Origin: Bacteroidaceae bacterium
GTDB taxonomy: Bacteria > Bacteroidota > Bacteroidia > Bacteroidales > Bacteroidaceae
Assembly: GCA_017458585.1 (NCBI GenBank)
Contig: JAFTAJ010000040.1
Location: 5,422-69,421 of the forward strand
Direction of reading: 5' to 3'
DNA length: 64,000 bases
The position numbers and the translations under genes are program-made. Under the pieces are notes generated by a model. It was not told where the DNA came from, ran no database searches, and saw nothing but the letters and a program-made list of their open reading frames with translations. Shown piece by piece: positions 42,272 through 50,540 of the stretch. Each line of letters opens with the position of its first letter. Position 1 is the stretch's first letter.

Positions 42272-42279
42272 CGAAGTTA
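42272..42279 (-). promoter_or_regulatory. putative -7 box TAACTTCG for the lipoate ligase gene
   Basis: The minus strand reads attgTAACTTCGcagaaat, 42 nt upstream of 42229. Confidence 0.4.
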
Positions 42280-42346
42280 CAATTATTTTTCCGAAAAAAC
42301 CACCTATCGCAAGCAAATAATTCTTATTGGAGGCTTTTTCGCCCGT

Positions 42347-42412
42347 TTTAGGTTTTTTTAACATAGCATACAGACCAAAAAAGGTAACTTTGCGTGTATT
42401 ATATATAGAAGC
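42347..42412 (+). promoter_or_regulatory. conserved upstream region shared with OMP3 (includes -7 box TAACTTTG at 42385-42392)
   Basis: An ungapped alignment to 53516-53581 gives about two-thirds identity. The conserved blocks are GTTTTTTTAACA, AGACCAA and GTAT(T/A)ATATATAGAAG. Confidence 0.5.
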
Positions 42413-42448
42413 CTCTCGTTGAGAGAGATGCAGTAGCGGTGATACTCA

Positions 42449-42997
42449 ATGCTCCGAGACAACGAAATAATAAAAATACTATCCAGAAACCGTCGCGAAG
42501 GACAACTGCTCTTGCTACACAGCTACAGAGGCCGTGTGCAGAGCGTCATAGCCAGCGTTGTCTCAAATCGTCAGGACGTTGAGGAGCTTACTCAAGACAC
42601 CTTCCTCAAAGTGTTTGATAGCTTCCGTCAGTTCGACCCCGCCCGCGGAACTCTGGCCAACTGGATCTACCGCATAGCCTACAACAAGGCGCAGACCTTC
42701 ATAGCCAAGCAACCGCCACCCAGCATACCGCTGGATGAGGCTCCGCCCGACAGTCTTGACATCAGCGATGCGCAGATTGACCAGGAGCTCTCCAGCGACA
42801 ACGAGGAGCGAATCCTCGCTTTAGAAGAGGCCATCAGCGCTCTGCCACCCGATGAAAGATTCGCCATCAACCTCTACTACTACGAAGACTACGCCATAGC
42901 AGACATCGCTCAGATACTCGACATCAGCCCCAACGCTCTCTACCACCGGCTGCAAAACATCAGAAAGAAACTCTATAATAATATAATAAGGAGATAA
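42449..42997 (+). CDS. RNA polymerase ECF-type sigma-70 factor (locus 1)
   Basis: 182 aa with region 2 (ELTQDTFLKVF, NWIYRIAYNK) and region 4 (IADIAQILDISPNALYHRLQNIRKKL). Confidence 0.85.
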   Translation: MLRDNEIIKILSRNRREGQLLLLHSYRGRVQSVIASVVSNRQDVEELTQDTFLKVFDSFRQFDPARGTLANWIYRIAYNKAQTFIAKQPPPSIPLDEAPPDSLDISDAQIDQELSSDNEERILALEEAISALPPDERFAINLYYYEDYAIADIAQILDISPNALYHRLQNIRKKLYNNIIRR

Positions 42998-43000
42998 ACA

Positions 43001-43039
43001 CTTAATTCTCAATGCTCAATTCTCAATTCTCAATAATTT
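43001..43039 (+). repeat. heptamer array CTCAATK between sigma and anti-sigma genes
   Basis: cttaattctcaatgctcaattctcaattctcaataattt. Confidence 0.85.
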
Positions 43040-43042
43040 ATC

Positions 43043-43786
43043 ATGCAAGCATTCAAAGATACCGCCATACGTGAGGCATTGCGCCGCAGACATGCTGCCG
43101 TGCCTCCGCTGCCCGACGACTTCGACGAGAAGGTGCTCGCGGCCTACGAACGTCAGAAAAAGGAGCAACACTCACGTCTCAAGCTCATCCTCTGGCCGTC
43201 GATAGCTGCGGCTGCGTGCATCGCCATTGCCTTCTTGCTGGGCAACGGAGTGACCAATCCCCCAAACCTCGAATCTCAAGTCACAAACATCAAACATCAA
43301 ACCTCAGACATCGAACGTCAAACAAATACCGCCCCCATCGCCGTAGGCACGCCCTCTGAGAGAGAGGAAACAGCGTCAACTACGCAAATGGTTAATAAAA
43401 TAAAGGAAAAGGAAAGCTACTTCGCCTTGATTGAGGAGGAGCAGCCTACGGTACAGGGGGCGTATGATTACATAGCAGAAACGTCTGAACCGCACGATAC
43501 TATTATGCAGGGGATAAGCTCCCCCTCTAAGATAGAGGGGGTGTCTGCGGAGCAGACGGGGGAGTATGAGAACTTGGCCGAAGAGGCAGAGCCGGAGGAA
43601 GACATGCCAATCTACAACGAGGCAGACCTGCCCATTACCAACATGGGGAACTATCTCTACTCAAAAGACGAACTGAAGAAAATCGAGCAACTGCGCAAGG
43701 AGCGCCTCATAGCAGACATTAAGAGCACTGTGGAGCGCGCACGCTATAGGCTCGAAGAAATAGAAAAGTCATTTGCACAGAATTAA
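43043..43786 (+). CDS. putative anti-sigma factor (single TM), locus 1
   Basis: 247 aa with a short N-terminal cytoplasmic segment and a TM helix LILWPSIAAAACIAIAFLLG. It lies directly downstream of the ECF sigma gene. The call rests on context. Confidence 0.5.
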   Translation: MQAFKDTAIREALRRRHAAVPPLPDDFDEKVLAAYERQKKEQHSRLKLILWPSIAAAACIAIAFLLGNGVTNPPNLESQVTNIKHQTSDIERQTNTAPIAVGTPSEREETASTTQMVNKIKEKESYFALIEEEQPTVQGAYDYIAETSEPHDTIMQGISSPSKIEGVSAEQTGEYENLAEEAEPEEDMPIYNEADLPITNMGNYLYSKDELKKIEQLRKERLIADIKSTVERARYRLEEIEKSFAQN

Positions 43787-43804
43787 TTCAAAAACTAAAG
43801 TAAT

Positions 43805-44656
43805 ATGAAAACAAAAATTCTAACAATCATCATGTTTGCAGCTACGCTCGGCTGCTTCGCCTACAACGAAAAAGATGCCCCGGCCTCTCCGCCTACGCAT
43901 GTAATCAATGCTCTCAACAATCTTCGCGAATTGTATGCAGACAAAGACAGAATTGTCTATAGGCGTACAGTAAACCCCGATGACAAAAGTTTCATCTCCT
44001 CTGTTGAAATTATTCCCTTTAAATGTCCTAAGGGCCAAGGCATTCTCACAAATATTAAAGCTGCTTTTATGGAGGACAGGGAATGTGCTTATCGTTTTCT
44101 CCAAGTGATGCCTGGTGAACTTGGCGCATGGATTGTTGGTACGGGCGACTATAAGGGTCAGGAAATGCGTACTCGTGACCAAACGCCGCAGGAATACATC
44201 GCCATGTATGTTAAGAATGCCCAAGACCCTGAGAAGCGCGACTATTATGGAGTTGTGTGGGATTATACGTCAGATGTTATAAAAGGAAAAATCATTCTCA
44301 TTACTTCGCGCCGCGATGATCTGCAAAAGGAAAGTTCTAAAACAAAATCTCAGCAGAAGCAGGATGATTTGTGGAAGAAATGGGATAAAGAAAACAACAA
44401 AAACAGTATAAATGTATCTCGTTTCCCTGCTAATCTTACACCAAATGGAAACAGCAAAATAGAGAAGCAGCTTCAGGCTTATAAGGATTTGCTGGAGATG
44501 CAGGAGGAGGAGATACAGAAACTCCGTCGCGACTGTGACCGCGATGACCTCAAACCGGAGGAGAGGACTCTCATAAAACAGCGCATACTAAAACTACATA
44601 AGCAGGCGCAACGCACTACCGACAAAATAGGAAAACTCATCTCTAAAGTCCGTTGA
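43805..44656 (+). CDS. hypothetical secreted protein with C-terminal coiled coil (283 aa)
   Basis: It has a signal peptide and occupies the slot held by the DUF4252 and DUF2807 genes in locus 2. I do not recognise a family. Confidence 0.55.
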   Translation: MKTKILTIIMFAATLGCFAYNEKDAPASPPTHVINALNNLRELYADKDRIVYRRTVNPDDKSFISSVEIIPFKCPKGQGILTNIKAAFMEDRECAYRFLQVMPGELGAWIVGTGDYKGQEMRTRDQTPQEYIAMYVKNAQDPEKRDYYGVVWDYTSDVIKGKIILITSRRDDLQKESSKTKSQQKQDDLWKKWDKENNKNSINVSRFPANLTPNGNSKIEKQLQAYKDLLEMQEEEIQKLRRDCDRDDLKPEERTLIKQRILKLHKQAQRTTDKIGKLISKVR

Positions 44657-44696
44657 TACGCCTGTAGCGGAAAAAGAAATCCCTAAATAAAATACA

Positions 44697-47636
44697 ATGA
44701 AATACAGTAAGTTTATCGCTGTGCTCGCCGCACAGTGCTTGCTCGCCGCATCCCTATGCTGTGCGCAAGATGCGAAGGAAAAGAAGCTGGAAGTAGAGGT
44801 CCGAGGCCTCGTAATGGAGGAGACTACAGGCCAAGCCGTGCCTGGGGTAAAGGTCACCCTTATGTGGGCGAAGGACAGCACAGTGGTTGATTCCGCCAAA
44901 GTCAGAACAAGCAATAATTCCTATTTTGCCAGCACATACGTGTGGCTTACCATCAGCGAACCCGGTGAGTATCTTGTGAAGTGCGAAGGCAAGGGCTATG
45001 ATACTACATACAACCACTGGACAGTAGACAAGCTCTATAAGCATGAGGACTACTTAAGGGTTGCCACTCCGTGGTACATCCGCAGGGCAAAGAAGACACG
45101 CAAGGATGTTAAACTGGGCGAGGCAGTGGTCAAGGCCAGCCGCGTGAAGTTCTACTACAAGGGTGACACCATAGTCTATGATGCTGATGCCTTCGAACTG
45201 GCAGAGGGCTCTATGCTTGACGCACTCATCAAGCAGTTGCCTGGCGTAGAGCTGAAGGAGGGCGGCGAGATTACCGTGCAGGGCCGCCGCGTAGATGAAC
45301 TGCTGCTCAACGGCAGGGACTTCCTAAACTCAGACAGAAAAGACCTTCTCAACAACCTGCCCATCTATATGGTTAAGAATATCAAGGTGTTTGAAAAGAC
45401 TACAAGGGAACAGGAAATTATGGGCGACACTATCAACAAGTTGCTTGCTATGGACGTAAGACTCAAGAAGGAGTACAACCGTACCTTTGTTGGCAACATA
45501 GAGGGCGGCCTCGGCTCCAACCATACAGCGTTGGGACGTTTTTTTGCTCTCGGCTTTACTCCAAAGTCAAGCTTTAAGGTTCATGCCATGGCCAACAACC
45601 TCAATGATGTCAACGATCCCGGTGAGCAGGGCGAATGGACGCCCCTGAAGCAAGCTACGAGTGTTTACAACATATATCGTCTTAGTAGCTTCTATCATTA
45701 TACCGATGATAAGTTTAACTATCAAAATACTATCCAGGGGCGCTATACCGAAAACAAGAGCGATAGCTACACCAACAGCGAGAACTTCCTTTCCTCGGGC
45801 AACACTTTCGGACGTCGCTTTGCCCGTGGACGTAACTACAGCAGCTCTTTCTGGACCAACCATACTTTTTATATAAAGAATGACATCCTCCTCGGCCCTG
45901 TCAAGGTTAGACAGATGAGTATAAATCCCAATTTCTCATACAACGACAATAGAGGCCACCATTCCAACGGCTCTGCCACTACCGATCAAGACATCTACGG
46001 AGCCTACGGCAAGGAGTGGCGCGACAGCATCACCACTCCCAATGCCGGACATCTGCTGCGCACTTACGGTCTCAACCGAACCAAGAACAACAACAAGAGC
46101 AATGGCTACGAGCTGAACGCTTCGTCAAGCTATAGCGTTTACTTAGCACCCGCGCACGACAACAGATTCGGTCTTTATGTGGAAGGAAAGACAGACTTCA
46201 AAAATGAGGTGGATCGACTCTATGAGCACTACAATCTGGAGTACATGCAGAAGGCCGAGAACGATTTCCGCAACCGCTATACCTACAATAAATCACAGGG
46301 ATTGATGCATAGTATAGGCCTCCAAACTAAAGGTTTTGCTTTCTTAGACGATTTGTTTAGCGTGTCGCTTGTCTATCAATACGAAGACAAGAAACAGATG
46401 CAAAACCGCTCACTCTATCTGCTCAATAAACTCGATGCTTGGGGCGAGGAGACCGGTCATCAGCTGGGAGAGCTCCCCTCCGTAGATGAGATGCTGTTGG
46501 CCCTCGACAACGGCAACAGCTACTGGCAGCAGGAAGACAGATACAAGCATGCAGTCGCTCCCCATATTTATATATACCCGGGAAACAAAGACGGAGCCAA
46601 GGTAAGTGGAAATGCGTGGATCATTCCCGGTATTTCTTTCAGCAGGGAAAAACTCCAGTATGAGCGCGCGGCACTTGACACCGTCGTTCGTCGCAACCAG
46701 AAGTATTTTGAACTTTCTTCTGGCATATCTCTATATCCTAAGGGTAAGTCGTGGCCCTCTCCGTGGTACGTAAGCCTTAGCTATAACATAAACGTTAACC
46801 TGCCCAACATGACCTATCTCGTTGACTACCGCGATGACAGCAACCCGCTCAACATCATGCTCGGCAATCCCAACCTCCGCAACACACGCACACATAAAAT
46901 AAGTGTTGAATTCAGGCGCAATATGGAGAAGCAGAAACAACTGAATGGGCGCGTCGCCTCCAATATTTACAGGCACCGCCTCGCCATGGGCTATATCTAC
47001 GACACCCAGACAGGCGTGCGAACCGTCACCCCCGACAATATCAACGGCAACTGGGACCTCACAGGACGTATCAACTACTCCGCACGCTTCGACAAGGACG
47101 GCAAGTTCACCTACTCCACCAGCACCGACGCCACCTACATCAACAGCGTCGATCTCATCGAACAGCTGCGCAGCGAGGTGCACACCACCAATATCAACGA
47201 GACACTCAAGCTCAATGCCCGCTTCTCCGCCAAGGCCAGCCTCAACGTCAAGGCAGACCTTCACTGGCAGCACTCCACCTCGGGGCGTGAGAACTTCAGC
47301 ACCATCAACGTCGCCGACTTTGACTACGGCGTGGGTGGAGTGTTCCAGATTCCTCTCGGCTTCCAGTTCTCCACCGACATGACCATGTACTCGCGCCGCG
47401 GCTACAACGACCACTCCATGAACACCAACGAACTCGTGTGGAACGCCCGCCTCTCGCGCACCTTCCCCAAGGCCGGCCTCACCGTCATGCTCGATGCCTT
47501 CGACCTCTTCGGTCAGCTCAGCAACGTGCGCCGCACCATCAACGCCCAGGGCCGCACCGAGACATGGAGCAACGTCACTCCCCAGTACGCCATGCTCCAC
47601 ATCCTCTACCGACTCAACAAGAAGCCGAAGAAGTGA
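44697..47636 (+). CDS. outer membrane beta-barrel family protein (CarboxypepD_reg-like + plug-like + OMP_b-brl_3), paralog 1
   Basis: 979 aa with a signal peptide and the plug-like motif KGDTIVYDADAFELAEGSMLDALIKQLPGVE. The long beta-rich C-terminus ends in LYRLNKKPKK. Confidence 0.75.
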   Translation: MKYSKFIAVLAAQCLLAASLCCAQDAKEKKLEVEVRGLVMEETTGQAVPGVKVTLMWAKDSTVVDSAKVRTSNNSYFASTYVWLTISEPGEYLVKCEGKGYDTTYNHWTVDKLYKHEDYLRVATPWYIRRAKKTRKDVKLGEAVVKASRVKFYYKGDTIVYDADAFELAEGSMLDALIKQLPGVELKEGGEITVQGRRVDELLLNGRDFLNSDRKDLLNNLPIYMVKNIKVFEKTTREQEIMGDTINKLLAMDVRLKKEYNRTFVGNIEGGLGSNHTALGRFFALGFTPKSSFKVHAMANNLNDVNDPGEQGEWTPLKQATSVYNIYRLSSFYHYTDDKFNYQNTIQGRYTENKSDSYTNSENFLSSGNTFGRRFARGRNYSSSFWTNHTFYIKNDILLGPVKVRQMSINPNFSYNDNRGHHSNGSATTDQDIYGAYGKEWRDSITTPNAGHLLRTYGLNRTKNNNKSNGYELNASSSYSVYLAPAHDNRFGLYVEGKTDFKNEVDRLYEHYNLEYMQKAENDFRNRYTYNKSQGLMHSIGLQTKGFAFLDDLFSVSLVYQYEDKKQMQNRSLYLLNKLDAWGEETGHQLGELPSVDEMLLALDNGNSYWQQEDRYKHAVAPHIYIYPGNKDGAKVSGNAWIIPGISFSREKLQYERAALDTVVRRNQKYFELSSGISLYPKGKSWPSPWYVSLSYNINVNLPNMTYLVDYRDDSNPLNIMLGNPNLRNTRTHKISVEFRRNMEKQKQLNGRVASNIYRHRLAMGYIYDTQTGVRTVTPDNINGNWDLTGRINYSARFDKDGKFTYSTSTDATYINSVDLIEQLRSEVHTTNINETLKLNARFSAKASLNVKADLHWQHSTSGRENFSTINVADFDYGVGGVFQIPLGFQFSTDMTMYSRRGYNDHSMNTNELVWNARLSRTFPKAGLTVMLDAFDLFGQLSNVRRTINAQGRTETWSNVTPQYAMLHILYRLNKKPKK

Positions 47637-47882
47637 GAATGCCCCCGGCCCCCTAAAGGGGAGGAGGACAGTCATTTTAGTGTTCTTCGCCACACGCCTT
47701 TCCCTCAACTTAATCTCGTCACCCTTGATGAGTTTCTTGCCGTAATAAAGGAAATGTAAGCGCAACCTCCCGCCTCAATCGTTTGCAGTGGCAGTAAAAT
47801 TTTTTGCAGAAATAACTGGAATATTTCTGCGATATATGCGTATAATAAGGTGTAAGACAATTCTGCGAACCATAAACCAAAG

Positions 47883-48446
47883 ATGTACAGCGAGCAGACA
47901 CTCGTCGAGGAACTAAAGAAAAATAACCGTGAGGCTCATGACCAGCTGGTAGCCCGTTACGGACAGATGATCTTTGCTATGATAGCGAGGATAGTGAGCG
48001 ATGTCCGCGATGTGCAGGAACTGACGCAAGACACCCTGCTCACAGCCATACAGAAAATCTACAGCTTCAACCCGCAGCTCTCGCGGCTCTCCACGTGGAT
48101 CGGCAAGATAGCCTACAACAAAGCCCTCAGCTTTGCAAGACACAAAGAGCATGTCACCATCCCCATCGAGGACATCGAAGCCGGAAACTCTCAACTCTCA
48201 AATATCAACTCTCAACTCTCAAATATAGACGAAGACCTGTCCACTGGCAGCGAAGACAACATAGCCATGCTGCAGCAGGCAGTACTCACCCTGCCACCCG
48301 ACGAGCGAATGCTCCTCTCCCTCTACTACTTCGACTCCATGCCACTCGCCGACATCGCCCTCATGATGGACACCACTCCACAAAAGCTCTCCAAACGACT
48401 CTACAATATCAGAAGGAAACTCTATAATAGAATAAAAAGGAGATAA
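47883..48446 (+). CDS. RNA polymerase ECF-type sigma-70 factor (locus 2)
   Basis: 187 aa, paralog of 42449-42997. It carries a 2 x 7-aa insertion (SQLSNIN/SQLSNID) in the region 2-4 linker. Confidence 0.85.
   Translation: MYSEQTLVEELKKNNREAHDQLVARYGQMIFAMIARIVSDVRDVQELTQDTLLTAIQKIYSFNPQLSRLSTWIGKIAYNKALSFARHKEHVTIPIEDIEAGNSQLSNINSQLSNIDEDLSTGSEDNIAMLQQAVLTLPPDERMLLSLYYFDSMPLADIALMMDTTPQKLSKRLYNIRRKLYNRIKRR
48186..48227 (+). repeat. perfect-length 21-nt tandem duplication inside the sigma-factor CDS
   Basis: aactctcaactctcaaatatc / aactctcaactctcaaatata is built from CTCAA(C/A)T heptamers like the neighbouring intergenic arrays. Confidence 0.9.
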
Positions 48447-48449
48447 GCA

Positions 48450-48488
48450 CTTAATGCTCAATGTTCAATTCTCAATTCTCAATAATTT
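48450..48488 (+). repeat. heptamer array CTCAATK (paralog of 43001-43039)
   Basis: cttaatgctcaatgttcaattctcaattctcaataattt. Confidence 0.85.
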
Positions 48489-48491
48489 ATC

Positions 48492-49127
48492 ATGGACGCT
48501 TTCAAAGATACTGACCTCCGCGAAGCACTGCACCGCATATATTCCGACCCGCCGCAGTTGCCGGCCGACTTTGCCCAGCAGCTCCACGAAGCAGCACTAA
48601 AGCAGCAGCGTAGCCGCAGGGTGCGCCGCCTCATCTTCTGGCCCTCGATAGCTGCGGCTGCGTGCATCGCCATTGCCTTCTTGCTGGGCAACGGAGTGAC
48701 CAATCCCCCAAACCTCGAATCTCAAGTCACAAACATCAAACATCAAACCTCAAACATCGAACCTCAAGCAAATACCGCCCCCATCGCCGTAGGCACGCCC
48801 TCTGAGAGAAAGGAAACAACGTCAACTACGCAAATGGTTAATAAAATAAAGGAAAAGAAAAGCTACTTCGCCTCAATTGAGGAGGAGCAGCCTACGGTAC
48901 AGGGGGCGCCAGAGGTCGTTTCTGTTTTAAATGAGACGCAAAATGACCTTTCTTCATGTGCAAAAGAAGTTGAGCAATGCACGGAGGTGGCTTTTGAAGA
49001 AGTTACCGGCGTGGCAAAGCAGGCGAGGATGGACCTGATTGCAATTTTTGAATTGTTTGAAGAGATAGAGCAAGATACAAAGAAATCAATAAAAAATATT
49101 TATAGCGATGAAACAGAGTTATTGTAA
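48492..49127 (+). CDS. putative anti-sigma factor (single TM), locus 2
   Basis: 211 aa. It shares a 272-nt near-identical tract (48637-48908) with 43191-43462. Confidence 0.5.
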   Translation: MDAFKDTDLREALHRIYSDPPQLPADFAQQLHEAALKQQRSRRVRRLIFWPSIAAAACIAIAFLLGNGVTNPPNLESQVTNIKHQTSNIEPQANTAPIAVGTPSERKETTSTTQMVNKIKEKKSYFASIEEEQPTVQGAPEVVSVLNETQNDLSSCAKEVEQCTEVAFEEVTGVAKQARMDLIAIFELFEEIEQDTKKSIKNIYSDETELL

Positions 49128-49587
49128 AAGAATGGCAGCCGTGGTTATGCTGCTTGCGTGTAGCATTTGCGGCAACGCAAAAATTGAGTTCCTTGAGGAT
49201 TATAAAGACATGGATGGAGTCAGCTATAGCTACATCTCCAAGTATGCTCTTGACAATATGGATTTGGGAGCAATCTCATTTCCGAGTCAAGACTTTTCCA
49301 AGATGAAGGGTAAAATATCTTCTCTACAGAGTTTGTCATCCGTGTCATCGGCTTCAGCAAAGATTCTCGCAGACGTAGAAACTTTTGTTAAGAAAGAGAA
49401 GTATGAACTCGTGGTTATGCAAAATGTAAGCAAAAAAGTAAGTAAGCAAGTCTTTTTTCGTGAGCAGTCGGGCAGTTCTTCAATGCTAATTGTAAGTTCT
49501 GCGAGAGATGTTCTCACTATTATTGCTTTGGAGGGAACGTTTACATTGGCAGATTTTATGAATAAAAACGGATTTTTCTATCAGTAA
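49108..49587 (+). CDS. DUF4252 domain-containing lipoprotein
   Basis: 159 aa with a signal/lipobox LLACSIC. Its size and its context after an ECF sigma/anti-sigma pair are typical of DUF4252. Confidence 0.6.
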   Translation: MKQSYCKRMAAVVMLLACSICGNAKIEFLEDYKDMDGVSYSYISKYALDNMDLGAISFPSQDFSKMKGKISSLQSLSSVSSASAKILADVETFVKKEKYELVVMQNVSKKVSKQVFFREQSGSSSMLIVSSARDVLTIIALEGTFTLADFMNKNGFFYQ

Positions 49588-49607
49588 TAACTAAAATCGA
49601 TAATAAC

Positions 49608-50525
49608 ATGAAAAAGCAAATCTATTTTACAGCCTGTGTAATTGTGCTGGCAAGTTTTATAGGCATTGCCTGCGCTTCGTCGGGCGAGACTACCGATGTA
49701 ACTGCTGTAAGGAATATAGACAATCGTTTCTCTACGCGCACTTATAACCTTTTTGATTTTACGGGTATAGATGTCAGCAGCGTGGTGAAAGTTATCTATA
49801 CGCAGGGTGAAAAATACAGCGTGAAACTTACGGGCCGTACGGACTGGCTTGACTACATGGATGTCTCTGCTACAAACGGCACACTGAAGGTACACGCAAA
49901 AGAAAACAGAGTCTTTAGTAATGTACGGAAAGAAGACAAACCTGATGGAGAACACAACTTTATCCTACATCTGACAGCTCCTAGCCTGCAAAATATTTGT
50001 CTTGAAGGTGTCTCTGTCTTTGAGAGCAGTCGTCTCTCGGCTGATGTCCTGAAGGTTCACATTGATGGTGTGTCAGCATTCAAGGTAAAGAACATAGATT
50101 GCAAATCCATTGATGGCAATGTCTGGGGAGTGAGCCAGATAGAAGTGGAAGAGATGGCTGCTCAGGATGTGAAGTGGAACATCGGTGGCAGCAGCAAACT
50201 GAATCTGTCTCAAGTGCATAAGTGCGAAAACGTAAAGATGGATATCAGCGGAGCTTCGCATTGCGTTGTCGCTGCCAAGGCCACAGGACTTATGCAGGTT
50301 ATACTTTCAGGAGCCAGCAAAAGCGACTTGACATTCAAGGGTGGCAATCTGCGCACCGTTTGTTCCGGGGCCTCAACCATGGATGCCAAGGTGGACTGTG
50401 CTGCCGTCAGTGCTATTTGCAGCGGTGCTTCTACCGGCAAGTTCAGTGGCACAGCAAAAAGTGTGGATGTAAACGCAAGTGACATCACATCGAGAATTGA
50501 AACTTCTCAATTGAAAAAGAAATAA
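49608..50525 (+). CDS. DUF2807 / GIN-domain (putative adhesin head-like) protein
   Basis: 305 aa with repeated beta-helix-like ...SGAS...V... units (ISGASHCVV, LSGASKSDL, CSGASTMDA, CSGASTGKF). Confidence 0.5.
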   Translation: MKKQIYFTACVIVLASFIGIACASSGETTDVTAVRNIDNRFSTRTYNLFDFTGIDVSSVVKVIYTQGEKYSVKLTGRTDWLDYMDVSATNGTLKVHAKENRVFSNVRKEDKPDGEHNFILHLTAPSLQNICLEGVSVFESSRLSADVLKVHIDGVSAFKVKNIDCKSIDGNVWGVSQIEVEEMAAQDVKWNIGGSSKLNLSQVHKCENVKMDISGASHCVVAAKATGLMQVILSGASKSDLTFKGGNLRTVCSGASTMDAKVDCAAVSAICSGASTGKFSGTAKSVDVNASDITSRIETSQLKKK

Positions 50526-50540
50526 ACAATATAAAGCTTT

